From Alloascoidea hylecoeti (Eukaryota): a DNA stretch of 56,981 nucleotides. Below, piece by piece: positions 24,476 to 35,107 of this stretch. The notes beneath the pieces are model-generated. The model was given only the letters and a program-made list of their open reading frames with translations, ran no database searches and was not told the DNA's origin. Position 1 is the stretch's first letter; every line of letters starts with the position of its first letter. A program made the position numbers and the translations under genes. The DNA lies in the NCBI GenBank assembly GCA_001600815.1, contig BCKZ01000002.1:825454-882434 (forward strand), written 5' to 3'.

Positions 24476-25246
24476 ATTTATTATTTGACTGGTAATATTC
24501 ATTACATTTTTGGGTTCATGAATCTTTACTGTATTGGTTTTGATTATGCTATGATTTGTCTTATATAATTTGTATTATAACTAATGGAAAACAATTTTTA
24601 TGTTGGATAAATTTTCGTGTAATATCATTTGTGTCTTGTAAAATGCATTCGAATTTAGATCTTTAAGTTTTAAGGACAAAGCTTAGAATTAAGTTGTAAG
24701 AATAAGTAAAATAGAAAAAATGTAATTTAAATAAACCTACGGCTGTGATTGATATGATGGTTTTTCAGTTATCATATTGTTCACCTTTGGGCAATTGTTA
24801 GATACTTGCCAGTCATCGAGTCGAGTCGAATTATTTTAGTTGAACTGTATTTCTCCGTCTAGATCTGGTGTCACCACTGTAGAGCTCGTAGCCTTTTACG
24901 GGTTTAGTAAGTAAGTTCTTTACGGAAGTAATTTTACCAACCACAATCTTCGCCAGATGCCCAACCCCAATTCTACAAGAGTTATTTAGCATATCATTAC
25001 ACTTGTTTGTATGCTTCATATTTTAGTGTGTGGAAGTGTTTTGTTTTGTTTGATAAATCTAAAGTTTCCAGAAATGAATGGACAAAAGCGTTGTACAAAA
25101 CATTTCCCACTAGCGATAAACATGTTTCCGTAATGCGTACTAGCTTCTCGAACTTTACATCAGCAACCATCGCTTCTAATGTCTTTAAGGACGAGAAGCA
25201 CTTAAATTTAGACGAATTAGATGAGAAAATTGGTGAACGGGTGTAT

Positions 25247-25270
25247 TCACGTGATAATACTTTGACCAAT
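25247..25270 (+). promoter_or_regulatory. Cbf1 E-box (TCACGTGA) plus CCAAT (Hap2/3/4/5) box upstream of QCR7
   Basis: TCACGTGA at 25247-25254 and CCAAT at 25266-25270, about 95-120 bp before the ATG. This pairing is typical of yeast respiratory-gene promoters. Confidence 0.55.
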
Positions 25271-25364
25271 TAGAAGAGGTGAAATAATTACTGCTCTGAC
25301 ATTTTGATTCTCAAAACATTATTTTCAGCTTTCTACATTTTAACAACACCAACGGGAAAAGAAA

Positions 25365-25822
25365 ATGTCCAGAGTCACTGATGTTAAGAAAATGGCTGAC
25401 TTCATTTTGAAGACGCCTGTTTTAGCCAAAGTTTTCGTTCCTTTTAGTAATTGGTATTGTGATTTGGCTGGTTATAGAAAACTTGGGTTGAAGTAAGTAA
25501 ATCTTTCAATTTTGAAAAAAAATTATTGTTTAATTGATATATTAACTTTTTTCTTTTCTATTCTAGATTCGATGATTTGATCTCTGAAGAATCCCCAGTT
25601 GTTCAAAAGGCTCTTAGCCGACTTCCAGCAGATGCAAGTTATGCTAGAATTTATCGTATACAAACATCTCATCAATGTGCTGTTGCTCATCAATTATTAC
25701 CAAAGAATCAACAATTACCTCCAAAAGAAGATACTCATTATTTAATCCCTTATATCTTGGAAGCTGAAGCTGAAGCTGCTGAAAGGAAAGAACTGAACAA
25801 CATTGTCTTTTCAAAGAAATAA
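25365..25822 (+). CDS. QCR7: Cytochrome bc1 complex subunit 7 (127 aa, 2 exons)
   Basis: Exon 1 25365-25492 (...LAGYRKLGL), 74-nt GTAAGT...TAG intron, exon 2 25567-25822 (FDDLISEESPVVQKALSRLP...YLIPYILEAEAEAAERKEL). Confidence 0.95.
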
Positions 25823-28699
25823 TTTGATTGAATTGTTAATAAACTATGAATTTTGTGTATATCAATAAACAAACTATTTTACAAAATTGAATCTGGGTAT
25901 AAAAAGAATATATTTTAAACAATACTTATAGCATGAATTATATCATTATTCTATATAAATATATATATTGTATGGTTTTCTCAAAAGCCCAATTGCAATT
26001 TAATTCACAAATCTTTCACATATGATACAAAAACATTTTTCTAAGACTTAAATGATCAATCACATATCTCATATGTTTATACCTATAATAAGGCTGATAT
26101 TTTGCGTAACTTTAGGACTATCAGTATCAGGATGTTTCAATATTTCCATGGTTTATATAAATTATGACCGACTTTGTGATTGTATAAATCATATTATACT
26201 TGTGAGTTCAATTCCTTTTATTTCTTTTCCTTTCACTTATTATCAGTAGTTTCTTGTATGATATACCATACTATGTTTTCAAAGGCCGATATCGATATAT
26301 GCCTGTTTTTTGATTTCAATATATATTAAATTCGAATTCAATACTTCTATACAACTAAAGATAAATCTTACTCACAGCTAAAGTTTAAGCCTTAAAACTG
26401 ATATATCTAATTATAGCATTTGTAGAGGATCGTGAATTATTGGTGTATTATGCTCAACTCCAAAGAAAAGTTTTAAAAAAGAAATACTAATGATTTTAGC
26501 CCTATAATTATCTTATACACGTGTATTAGACTATTAGTAATTGTAATTGATTTATTAACTGGAGGAGGACACTCAATATCCGTATAATTTTATGTTGGCA
26601 GGATTTCATTAGCTTCTTCTGCGTTCAGTCTATTATTTTGTCCTTGTTGATCATAGACTCTGGAGCTGCTGTCAATACATCGGTATATGTCTTTGTTTTA
26701 TCACTGTTGTTGAAGCTGTAGTTTACGTCTCACTCTCGTTGTTGTAGCTAGTTTAGGGTGTTATTTGGTAACTCTATGGGTTAGTCACTACCATTAAAAT
26801 CTAATTGATTACGTTTTTTATTTTGATTTCACAATACATGATACTTAAGCAAAGGGATCCTTAATGGATTCATACTTTGTTGTTTTAACATCTTCATCAG
26901 TCTCGTTGAGCTTGTTGTTATCTTTATCAACACCAGTTTTATTACTCATATCAATTAATATATTAAACTTATTACATATGTATTGGTATTGAATATTGAT
27001 GGACTCGAACTTGTCACAAGTCATTTATGACTCGTTTATTGTTAAATCTTTTCTCAAGATTGAAAGCAGAAATTGTCTGGGAAAGCATCCCTACTATCAT
27101 TGATTTGAAAGAATTACTTTCGAAATAGGCGAACATTCAAGCTATTTAAATGGGGGTTAAACTTTAAAACACGCTTACAATACACGACTCTTGTGACAAT
27201 ACCTATTAATGTCATTATTGAGGTATTCAAAATGTAAAGTAATCAAATATTTCTGGTTTCATTAATTGAGATACTGTTGCTATCATCAGGCTATTGTAAT
27301 AATGTATACAATATAGGCGCTATTCTTTCTTTCTGCTTTTTAAAAATATATAAGTGAGCTTAAGAAAGTACTTAATTTAACACTGAATATATAAAACCGC
27401 AGCCTATACACTTTTTTTACGGTGTAGGTTTTTCATTGAAAAGTCGTGTAATTTTATATTGATTTCCTAAGATTCTATTTTTTGCCGTGATAATTAAGAT
27501 TGTAACAAATTTTAATAGAAAAAACTAGTATTAATTATAATCAGGGGCGAAATTCCAGCAGAAATATCGTTACTTTAACGTTAAATTTAACATTTCTTGA
27601 TAACTCATGTATATTTCATTTGGAAGAAGATATTTGGAAAGTAAATAGCCATGTAATATTTGACTAATGTTATACACTTTGGATTAATTAATGAATATTA
27701 ATGGCTTTGAATCAGCTCCGATTTTAATATGCTTGTGATAGTTTCGGAAGAAACAAGCCTTTAGTGTGAATCTTAACATCAAACATCCTAGCTTTTAACT
27801 GTAGTATTCATAATAATATATTTTCGTTGGTTCTATACAAAGTGGTTGCAACATGACAATGTTGTGGTATCCGAATATATACTAATGTTAACTTATCCAA
27901 GTAGTATGCATATGACGTCTACGGTACATGAATACAGGCATATGGTGTAAATACGAATCAATTGGAGGTTTATATATTTATTTAAAACTACTCAACATGG
28001 GGGTCGAGCCAGGAGGTTGTAAAGGCCCATGATATATTACAATTTAGTGATAACATCGACGCCAACAAAGGTGAAAAACTCTACGAAGGCAGAGAGTCCT
28101 GTGATCTGACTAATAGAAGTGGGGCAAACGTCGAAACCGTTATCATCACGACATGACATACAACCTGGATGATTTTGTCTTTTTATTTGGGTAAGTTTTT
28201 TCAACTGCGTCACTCAGATCACCTCAAGGCTCACTCTCTCCCTTCGTAGTCCAAAACTGTGACATTTCAGCCACGAATTGCAAGACCAGCAACAGATATA
28301 AGTTTATAATTAACAATTACTAAAATTAATCTACTTAGTCCAATAATTTTGATAATATATGTTCTATATTTATTTTTGTAAATATTGCTGTGGTGTGAGC
28401 CTTATTCTACAATTGATCGTAATGATCACACCAGTTCCAAGCTTCCAGCACACATCTCTCTTTGTTGCGGATAATTGTGTGTAATTAGTGCATTTCCCTC
28501 TAAGAAGTCTGAATTCGACTACGAATAGATTTTAGAAGATCTTCAAGCATTACCGTGTGGTGAATATTAGAGTTTATAGGTAAAGTTTCCTCCAAGATAT
28601 TTGTCCAAATGCGGAAATCAACCTCAGATATCTTACCATATTTTCAAATTTGCCAACCACGCCTCTTAAACTTCTTTTACAAATTTAAACTTAGAGGAT

Positions 28700-29020
28700 T
28701 TACATTCCAGGCAAATCCTCATATACCGGTAGAATGAAAATTTTTCTCAATCTTTTTGTTACCTCTTTTCGCAAACCTCTCCGAACTTACCTTCTAGTAT
28801 ATTGTAATGGAATCCTTTTTGTAGCCGGTGGTTGGTAGAATTTGTTACTCTCATTGTAAATACTTTTTAATTTCCTTTTAAGTGGTCCGAAGCACAATAT
28901 ATCAATGGCATGTATGAGCTGGTAGGATGAAGAGTCTAATACCATTGTAAATAAATGCGCTTACCCAAGTCAAGAAACCCAGGTATTGGATGCATCGTGC
29001 TTTGGACCACTCAAGACGAG
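28700..29020. mobile_element. Decayed pogo/Fot1 (DDE_1, Tc1-mariner superfamily) transposase fragments in both orientations
   Basis: The minus strand (~28950 to 28700) reads YNGIRLFILPAHTCH / DILCFGPLKRKLK / KKDSITIY* ... IEKNFHSTGI*. The plus strand (28977-29015) reads TQVLDASCFGPLK. Both match the pogo/Fot1 LPPHTSHxxQPLDxxxFGPLK motif, and the minus copy also matches the downstream F..TGIWP motif; stops and frameshifts are present. Confidence 0.7.
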
Positions 29021-29485
29021 AAGCTAGCACAAATCTCAGCAACCTCTGACCTCAATAATGTATTTCATCATCACCCAACTTCCGCTTTATCCAACAAGAG
29101 AGAAGAAGTATAAGCTTATATTTTTGAACTCGAGGGGATTCACATTATGTTAGCTTTGCTATAATAATTACTTCACTAAAACAACGTTCGATTCCTTGTT
29201 ACTATTGTTAACTCTATCTTTTTTTAGAACTTTTAATATGTATTATATGTATAAATGGAAAAGAAAACATTGCTGTACGTACTAATATTATGTTTGCTCT
29301 AGCTAGATTTTATGAACAAAATTATGCTTAAGGCTAAATCAATTTTTGGTTATTACTTTTTAAATGTGGGGTTAATTAACGTTGAATTATGTGTTTATAA
29401 TATTATAATAATAAATATCCAACGAGATAACTCATAATTATAATATTCTCATTATATATGAAATATACTTAAGATTTGAAGTATT

Positions 29486-30454
29486 TTATATTGTAACCGA
29501 TTCTGATTGTGTTTTTATAACTTCAGATATATTCCCAACAACATTTTCCTTATCTAGGGATGTTGGAGTTGTTGATTCCTCTAAATCATGTAATAATAAT
29601 AAATCATCATCATTAAGTTTTGGTTTAAAATCAGGATGTTCTTCTTTATATATTTCAATAATTGCTTTTAACATTCTACTTCTTGTTAATTTTAATAAAT
29701 CATTAACATCATCTTTTGTTTTACCTTTTGTTTCAATTGGTTCTAATACTTTAATAATGATTTTACCAGAATTAAAATTTTTTGATTTAAAATTAAAAAT
29801 ATCTGAATAATTTCCTGAAACATAAGGAACAATAGGAAGTTGAGATTGAACAGCTAGATGAAAAGCACCTTTTTTAAAAGGTAAAAACATTGGCATATTA
29901 CTGTATGATCTTGTACCTTCAGGGAATAGAAAAACACTTTGTTTGTCGTTTTTCATTTTTTCACATGCTGAAGCAAACGTTTTTAAAGCATTATCACGAT
30001 GTGCTCTATCAACAAACACAGAACCACTTAATTGCATGAACCAACCAAGGAAAGGGTAGTGTTTAAGCGCTTCCTTTGCTGTCACGCTACACCATTTAGG
30101 GAAAGTTTTAGCAAGAATTAGGATATCCAATTCAGTTTGATGGTTTGAAATAAAAACAGCGGGTCTAATAGAGTCCAGACCTTCTTGATTCCGCACTTCA
30201 ACGGAAATGTTGAGGACAGGTCTAGCAATCATATAAAAAAACCTGGCAACACTATGCTGGGCCAGGCCACGTTTACCTATAAAAGAGAGTATGATTGATA
30301 TTATGACACCGTATGAGGCAGCAACCGCCAGGAGAAAGACATAACAGATGAGTCCCGAGTAGAATTTTGCGGTCCTTCCAAGAAAACCCAGCCGAGCAGA
30401 TAAGAATGATGTTAAGAGGGCAACCAGTGCTGCTATTTTTGTGTGGTTTGGCAT
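29486..30454 (-). CDS. SLC1: 1-acyl-sn-glycerol-3-phosphate acyltransferase (PlsC family), 322 aa
   Basis: SNHQTELD (NHx4D), VFVDR, FLFPEGTRS and PFKKGAFHLA motifs; N-terminal hydrophobic helices. The ORF-track start at 30538 is GTG; the first ATG is at 30454. Confidence 0.95.
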   Translation of the reverse strand: MPNHTKIAALVALLTSFLSARLGFLGRTAKFYSGLICYVFLLAVAASYGVIISIILSFIGKRGLAQHSVARFFYMIARPVLNISVEVRNQEGLDSIRPAVFISNHQTELDILILAKTFPKWCSVTAKEALKHYPFLGWFMQLSGSVFVDRAHRDNALKTFASACEKMKNDKQSVFLFPEGTRSYSNMPMFLPFKKGAFHLAVQSQLPIVPYVSGNYSDIFNFKSKNFNSGKIIIKVLEPIETKGKTKDDVNDLLKLTRSRMLKAIIEIYKEEHPDFKPKLNDDDLLLLHDLEESTTPTSLDKENVVGNISEVIKTQSESVTI

Positions 30455-30559
30455 TTTGGAGGTTTGAACAAGTTTGAAGATCCGAAATGTTGGTTTGTCA
30501 TTGATCCATGCCGAGTGGGATGTGACACTTGTGCTCACACTTTTTGCAAACCACCAAAA

Positions 30560-30928
30560 ATGTCTGCCAGTTTCGCCGCCGAATGCACAGAATCAAAGAA
30601 ACAGTACGATGATTGTTTTAACAAATGGTACTCAGAGGTGTTTTTGAAAGGAGGAGATAACAAAGATTCATGTGTGGATTCCTGGTTAACATACAACCAT
30701 TGTGTAAAGGTATGAATTTTGCACTTTTATTCGATATTGATGTATTTTATCGATCTAATTGTTGAAATGAATTAGAAAGCATTGGTTGACAGGAAAATAC
30801 AGCCAATGCTTGATGATGCCAGAAACGATGCCCCCTTTGCGGATGCTGGTGTTGTAAAGGGAACTGAAAATGATGGAACATTAGAACAAGAATTAAAGGA
30901 ATATAGAGCTAAGCAACTTAAAAGGTGA
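30560..30928 (+). CDS. MDM35: Mdm35/TRIAP1 twin CX9C intermembrane-space lipid-transfer partner (100 aa, 2 exons)
   Basis: Exon 1 30560-30709 MSASFAAECTESKKQYDDCFNKWYSEVFLKG...C...CVK, 66-nt GTATGA...CTAAT...TAG intron, exon 2 30776-30928 KALVDRKIQPMLDDARNDAPF...KR*. Confidence 0.93.
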
Positions 30929-30929
30929 A

Positions 30930-31976
30930 TTAATGTCGCCATATTCCTTCAAAATCTTTATTTAACTGCATTGACAGAAGTGTATCAGAAGGGAAAGCAA
31001 CAACAAATAAAATAGATGAAAGGCTTATTAAAGAACTATCAAATGATATTAAATATACTTCTTTTGATATTATAAACCCATTACTACCTTGTGCATATTC
31101 AATTGCTCTAAATATATTTCTAACCATTACAACTAATGATGTTATGATAAGTAATAAATTCAATGTTCTCCAATTGTTTGTTTTTGAAGGAAGATTTTTC
31201 ATTGCTTTTGATTTTGTGGTTGGATTAATTCTTGAAAGATAAACATATCTTAATTCAACAATTAAAAATAATCCAAAACAAATTATCTGTATTATTAAAC
31301 CTGACATGATTATCCATCTTGATGCTTTTATCATGTTTTTATGACCGGATACAGCGGCACCTGTTCCTTGTAGTAGAAAGCTTATAACATCTCCTGTAAC
31401 GAAACATGTAGTAAGGTACTTGGTCTTAATTAAGGAATAACTTTCGCTATCCAATAAATTAACTAATCTACCAAAAATCATATAGATTGTTGCTGTTATG
31501 AAAGCAGGAGATACTAAAATCAATATATTTTGTAAGATATAAAAACTTTGAGTTGTGATATTACTGTGAGATTTTATTCTACCGATGTATCCCAATGCTT
31601 CACATATATTTCCGATAATTAAGGGATAAAAACATAAAACTTGATATCTTAATTTTGTTCTTATTGTCATTAAAGATTTATAACTATTTCTTGCACCTTC
31701 ACTATCTTCAGGATTTGTTGAATTTCTTAATAATTGAGTTTTTTTACGATTTTGATGTATTCTTTCAAACATTGAAGATTCAGGGTCATCATATTGAGTA
31801 AAAACCAAATTTTTTGCAATTTTCCAAAATTTCATATAACTTTTGAAGATCCAAAGGAATTGGACAATTGCAAGAAATAAGAAAATGGTTGTAAACGTTA
31901 TTGATACACCAAGTTTTGGTGTGTAGTGATAAGCGGTCCAATTTTGTTTGTTTGGTATAGGGTTTGAGCTATTCAT
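30930..31976 (-). CDS. RTA1: RTA1/Rsb1-family 7-TM lipid-translocating exporter
   Basis: YHYTP, GNICEALGYIGR, ILVSPAFITATIYMIFGRLV, FVTGDVISFLLQGTG, RNIFRAIEY and EVYLISFD motifs. Confidence 0.88.
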   Translation of the reverse strand: MNSSNPIPNKQNWTAYHYTPKLGVSITFTTIFLFLAIVQFLWIFKSYMKFWKIAKNLVFTQYDDPESSMFERIHQNRKKTQLLRNSTNPEDSEGARNSYKSLMTIRTKLRYQVLCFYPLIIGNICEALGYIGRIKSHSNITTQSFYILQNILILVSPAFITATIYMIFGRLVNLLDSESYSLIKTKYLTTCFVTGDVISFLLQGTGAAVSGHKNMIKASRWIIMSGLIIQIICFGLFLIVELRYVYLSRINPTTKSKAMKNLPSKTNNWRTLNLLLIITSLVVMVRNIFRAIEYAQGSNGFIISKEVYLISFDSSLISLSSILFVVAFPSDTLLSMQLNKDFEGIWRH

Positions 31977-32932
31977 AGTACTTACTAGCCATAGTACTTG
32001 TAAAAAGGTGAATATCGTGACTATATGACTTTTGAAAGCTTTAGGTGGTCAATATATAGTTGGGTAGAGCACAAACGGCATTGTGATTAGAGATAATATC
32101 GTGTATTCCAATGGGCGAAGGATGATTATGATTTTTTTGATATTGCCATTGGTTAGTAATTATATAATTATATATTCCCATGTGAAGTATAATATAATAG
32201 TAGACATATGAATCTTACTGAAATGACGGCCATTGATGATGGATCATAGAACAAATACATGTGTTTATATTAATTATTACGTGTATAACAGTTTTCAACA
32301 GTTCTGAGCTAACAGTTTGAGCCGGAATCAACCAGCGGGGCCATGTAACGTTGGTAACAATTTTAATATATCAGCTACAACTACAGTTTTGGTTATTTTT
32401 GCAGGCACAAATTATGAATTCGTTTGGTGGCGAAAGACAGAATGACAACCTGTTTCGAGACTCAAATTATGAACGGCCTCTATTTATAGTTTCATTTATA
32501 GTTAACTTGTGGGTTTAAATAACTAGCTGTTACTAGCTATCTATTATAGTGTGAAACTTCACAATATTTTTATGGTTGATTCAGGAACAAAATCCACCAG
32601 CGCATGCACTCGGGCGTATTTTCTTTTATTTTGCTTTTTTGTTCATTTTAATTTGTTTGATCTTTTTGTTTATTTGATTATTTTTTTCAACCCGCTTAAA
32701 ATTTATAATTATTTTACTCAGAATTCTGTTTAATTTATTTCATTTCATTTGTTATAATTAACTCTTTTAATTTATCTTGTCTGATAATATGCAAGGCGCA
32801 GAAGCAAGCTACATATTAAATGTAAAAGTTAAAGGTTAATTATATAATTAAACCATCGACCAACCATTAGTACTGTATATTTATCTAACGGGATCCCCCA
32901 AAACTCTTCAAACCGTATATTTCTACTTCACG

Positions 32933-35107
32933 ATGATCATTTCGGGCCCTCTCACTGCCCAAGTCTCCAGACACCAAATGTTTCAACCACAGCCACAATC
33001 TCGCTCAAGGTCCCAGTTGCAAATGCTTAGGTCCTCCCCCGCCAAAAAAATGATCCCAATCCCTGAAAATCAACCTTCAACCCCGTCAACTTCACTACGT
33101 TCCTGGCAGACTTCCCGCAGTCGTGGCCGTAGCTCCACCCGTACCCAAATCTTCGTCCAAAACACGCTCACCACCATGCCTTGCGAGGTCCAATTTATGG
33201 TTTTTGAGTATCTCGATTTTCTGGACCTTATCCATCTGTCGCAATCATGTACTTCCCTGCGATATTGGCTCACATCACAGCATTCAGAAACTTTATATCA
33301 ACATGCCGTTTTTAAAATGGATCCATTTATCATCCCAAAAATATCTTCAACAAATTATGAAAATCCATGGCGTGATACTGGAATTCAATATTGTAAAATG
33401 TTTCATACACTTTATACTCCAAGTCGAAAATTGACTTATCTAGATTTAACCCATATTAATAATGTTAAATCTCCTTTAAAGAATAATAATTTAACTTCAA
33501 TTGCAAGAAGACGTTCATCTTCTTCTGCTAGTTCTTTATCGATTTCAAATTTAAGTCCTACTAATAATAATTATAACTCTATTAATATTTCTAGATCTGG
33601 AACCATAACTTATAATAATCGAAAACAACAACAACAACAAATATGTTCAAACAAATTATTAGAGCCAATAATGGCTCTTGGTGATTATACTTCTTTAGAA
33701 ATCTCAAATAGAAGTAAAAAACAATCTGTTTATATCGGTTCAAGATTATCTACAAATTTTTTATACATGAACTATTTAAACGATGAGTCATTGACTGTTC
33801 CAAATTATCTTTATAATAATACAACAAATATTAATGATTATGAATTATTTGAAATTACTGCTGGCAGTGGTTCAATAAAATTAATCGTTTCTCATATTAC
33901 AGAACCATCAAAAGAAAATCATTTAATTGATATTAATGATGATAATTCACTTTCTGTTTCTTTAAATACTGTTTCTTCGAATTCAAATTCAAATTTAAAC
34001 CCAAATCCAAGGATTATTACTTATTATAATTTACATGAAATTCATTCCCCAATTGATGATACCTTTTTTTGGAAATTACATAATCTACCTAAAATAATGA
34101 AAATTGGATTTAGAGAACCAACAATATTAATAAATGAAAACATTTTATATATTACAACACTTGATAAAAATGATTCATTAAATTTAGAAGCTTACAATAA
34201 ATTTAGTAAATTATTATTTAAAGTTTCTATTTCAAATAATCTTGTACATAATAATGAAACTGAAGAAGATAATGATGATGATAATGATAATGATAATGAT
34301 AATTTATTTATAACACAAATTTTAACAAATCATTATTTTATTTTCTTACTTGTTTGGAAATCAAATATTCCAAGTATAGTTATATTATTAAAAGAAAATG
34401 GTAAATTTATAACTGAATGGAACTTATATAAAATATCAACAACAACATCAAATTATCAAGGTGATTATAATGCAAAATTAGCTGTTACTGATACTCATAT
34501 TTTTATCGTTAGAGATTCAAAATTCGAATTTATTGAAATTAAAAATATAATTACATATAATGCAAAAAATTTAACAATTGATAACGATAATGATAAAAAT
34601 AATGAAACAACAGATTTAAATTATGGTTCTGCATCAGAAGCTTTAAAAATTATAAATTATTTAAATAAACAAAGAGAATCAGGAGGTTTCGTTAGGAAAT
34701 TATCATGGAGTTCAATGGTTACAAATTTTTTATCACCAAGACCAATCCTTGAAAAGAAAAAAGAGAGAAAAACTGTTGTAGGTGGATTATTTAAAAAATG
34801 GGGTGATAGAAGAACAAAAAGTATTAATAGGCAAAAAAGAATAACAAAACAACATCATTCTCATTCATCTTCTGAAAATCAAGTTATAATAAATCATTCA
34901 TCAATATTTGTTGAAGTATCACAATGTCAAAGATATATTGCTTATGCAAATAATATATCGGATTTATTAATCATTGATCTTTTAGGTGGAAGAAGTAAAT
35001 GGTATAATATTAAAAAAGATGAATTCATTGGAGAAGTTAATTGGGTTGTTTTTAAAGATTTATCTGTACATATTTATAATGAGGAGGTTATTGAAACGTT
35101 AATGTAA
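32933..35107 (+). CDS. F-box protein with Asn-rich low-complexity inserts
   Basis: F-box pattern LTTMPCEVQFMVFEYLDFLDLIHLSQSCTSLRYW in a 724-aa ORF with a beta-strand-rich C-terminal part. Confidence 0.75.
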   Translation: MIISGPLTAQVSRHQMFQPQPQSRSRSQLQMLRSSPAKKMIPIPENQPSTPSTSLRSWQTSRSRGRSSTRTQIFVQNTLTTMPCEVQFMVFEYLDFLDLIHLSQSCTSLRYWLTSQHSETLYQHAVFKMDPFIIPKISSTNYENPWRDTGIQYCKMFHTLYTPSRKLTYLDLTHINNVKSPLKNNNLTSIARRRSSSSASSLSISNLSPTNNNYNSINISRSGTITYNNRKQQQQQICSNKLLEPIMALGDYTSLEISNRSKKQSVYIGSRLSTNFLYMNYLNDESLTVPNYLYNNTTNINDYELFEITAGSGSIKLIVSHITEPSKENHLIDINDDNSLSVSLNTVSSNSNSNLNPNPRIITYYNLHEIHSPIDDTFFWKLHNLPKIMKIGFREPTILINENILYITTLDKNDSLNLEAYNKFSKLLFKVSISNNLVHNNETEEDNDDDNDNDNDNLFITQILTNHYFIFLLVWKSNIPSIVILLKENGKFITEWNLYKISTTTSNYQGDYNAKLAVTDTHIFIVRDSKFEFIEIKNIITYNAKNLTIDNDNDKNNETTDLNYGSASEALKIINYLNKQRESGGFVRKLSWSSMVTNFLSPRPILEKKKERKTVVGGLFKKWGDRRTKSINRQKRITKQHHSHSSSENQVIINHSSIFVEVSQCQRYIAYANNISDLLIIDLLGGRSKWYNIKKDEFIGEVNWVVFKDLSVHIYNEEVIETLM

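Noticed and set aside
24885..24910. GCCTTTTAC resembling U5 snRNA loop 1
   Set aside because: The stem closure, internal loop and downstream Sm site do not fit U5.
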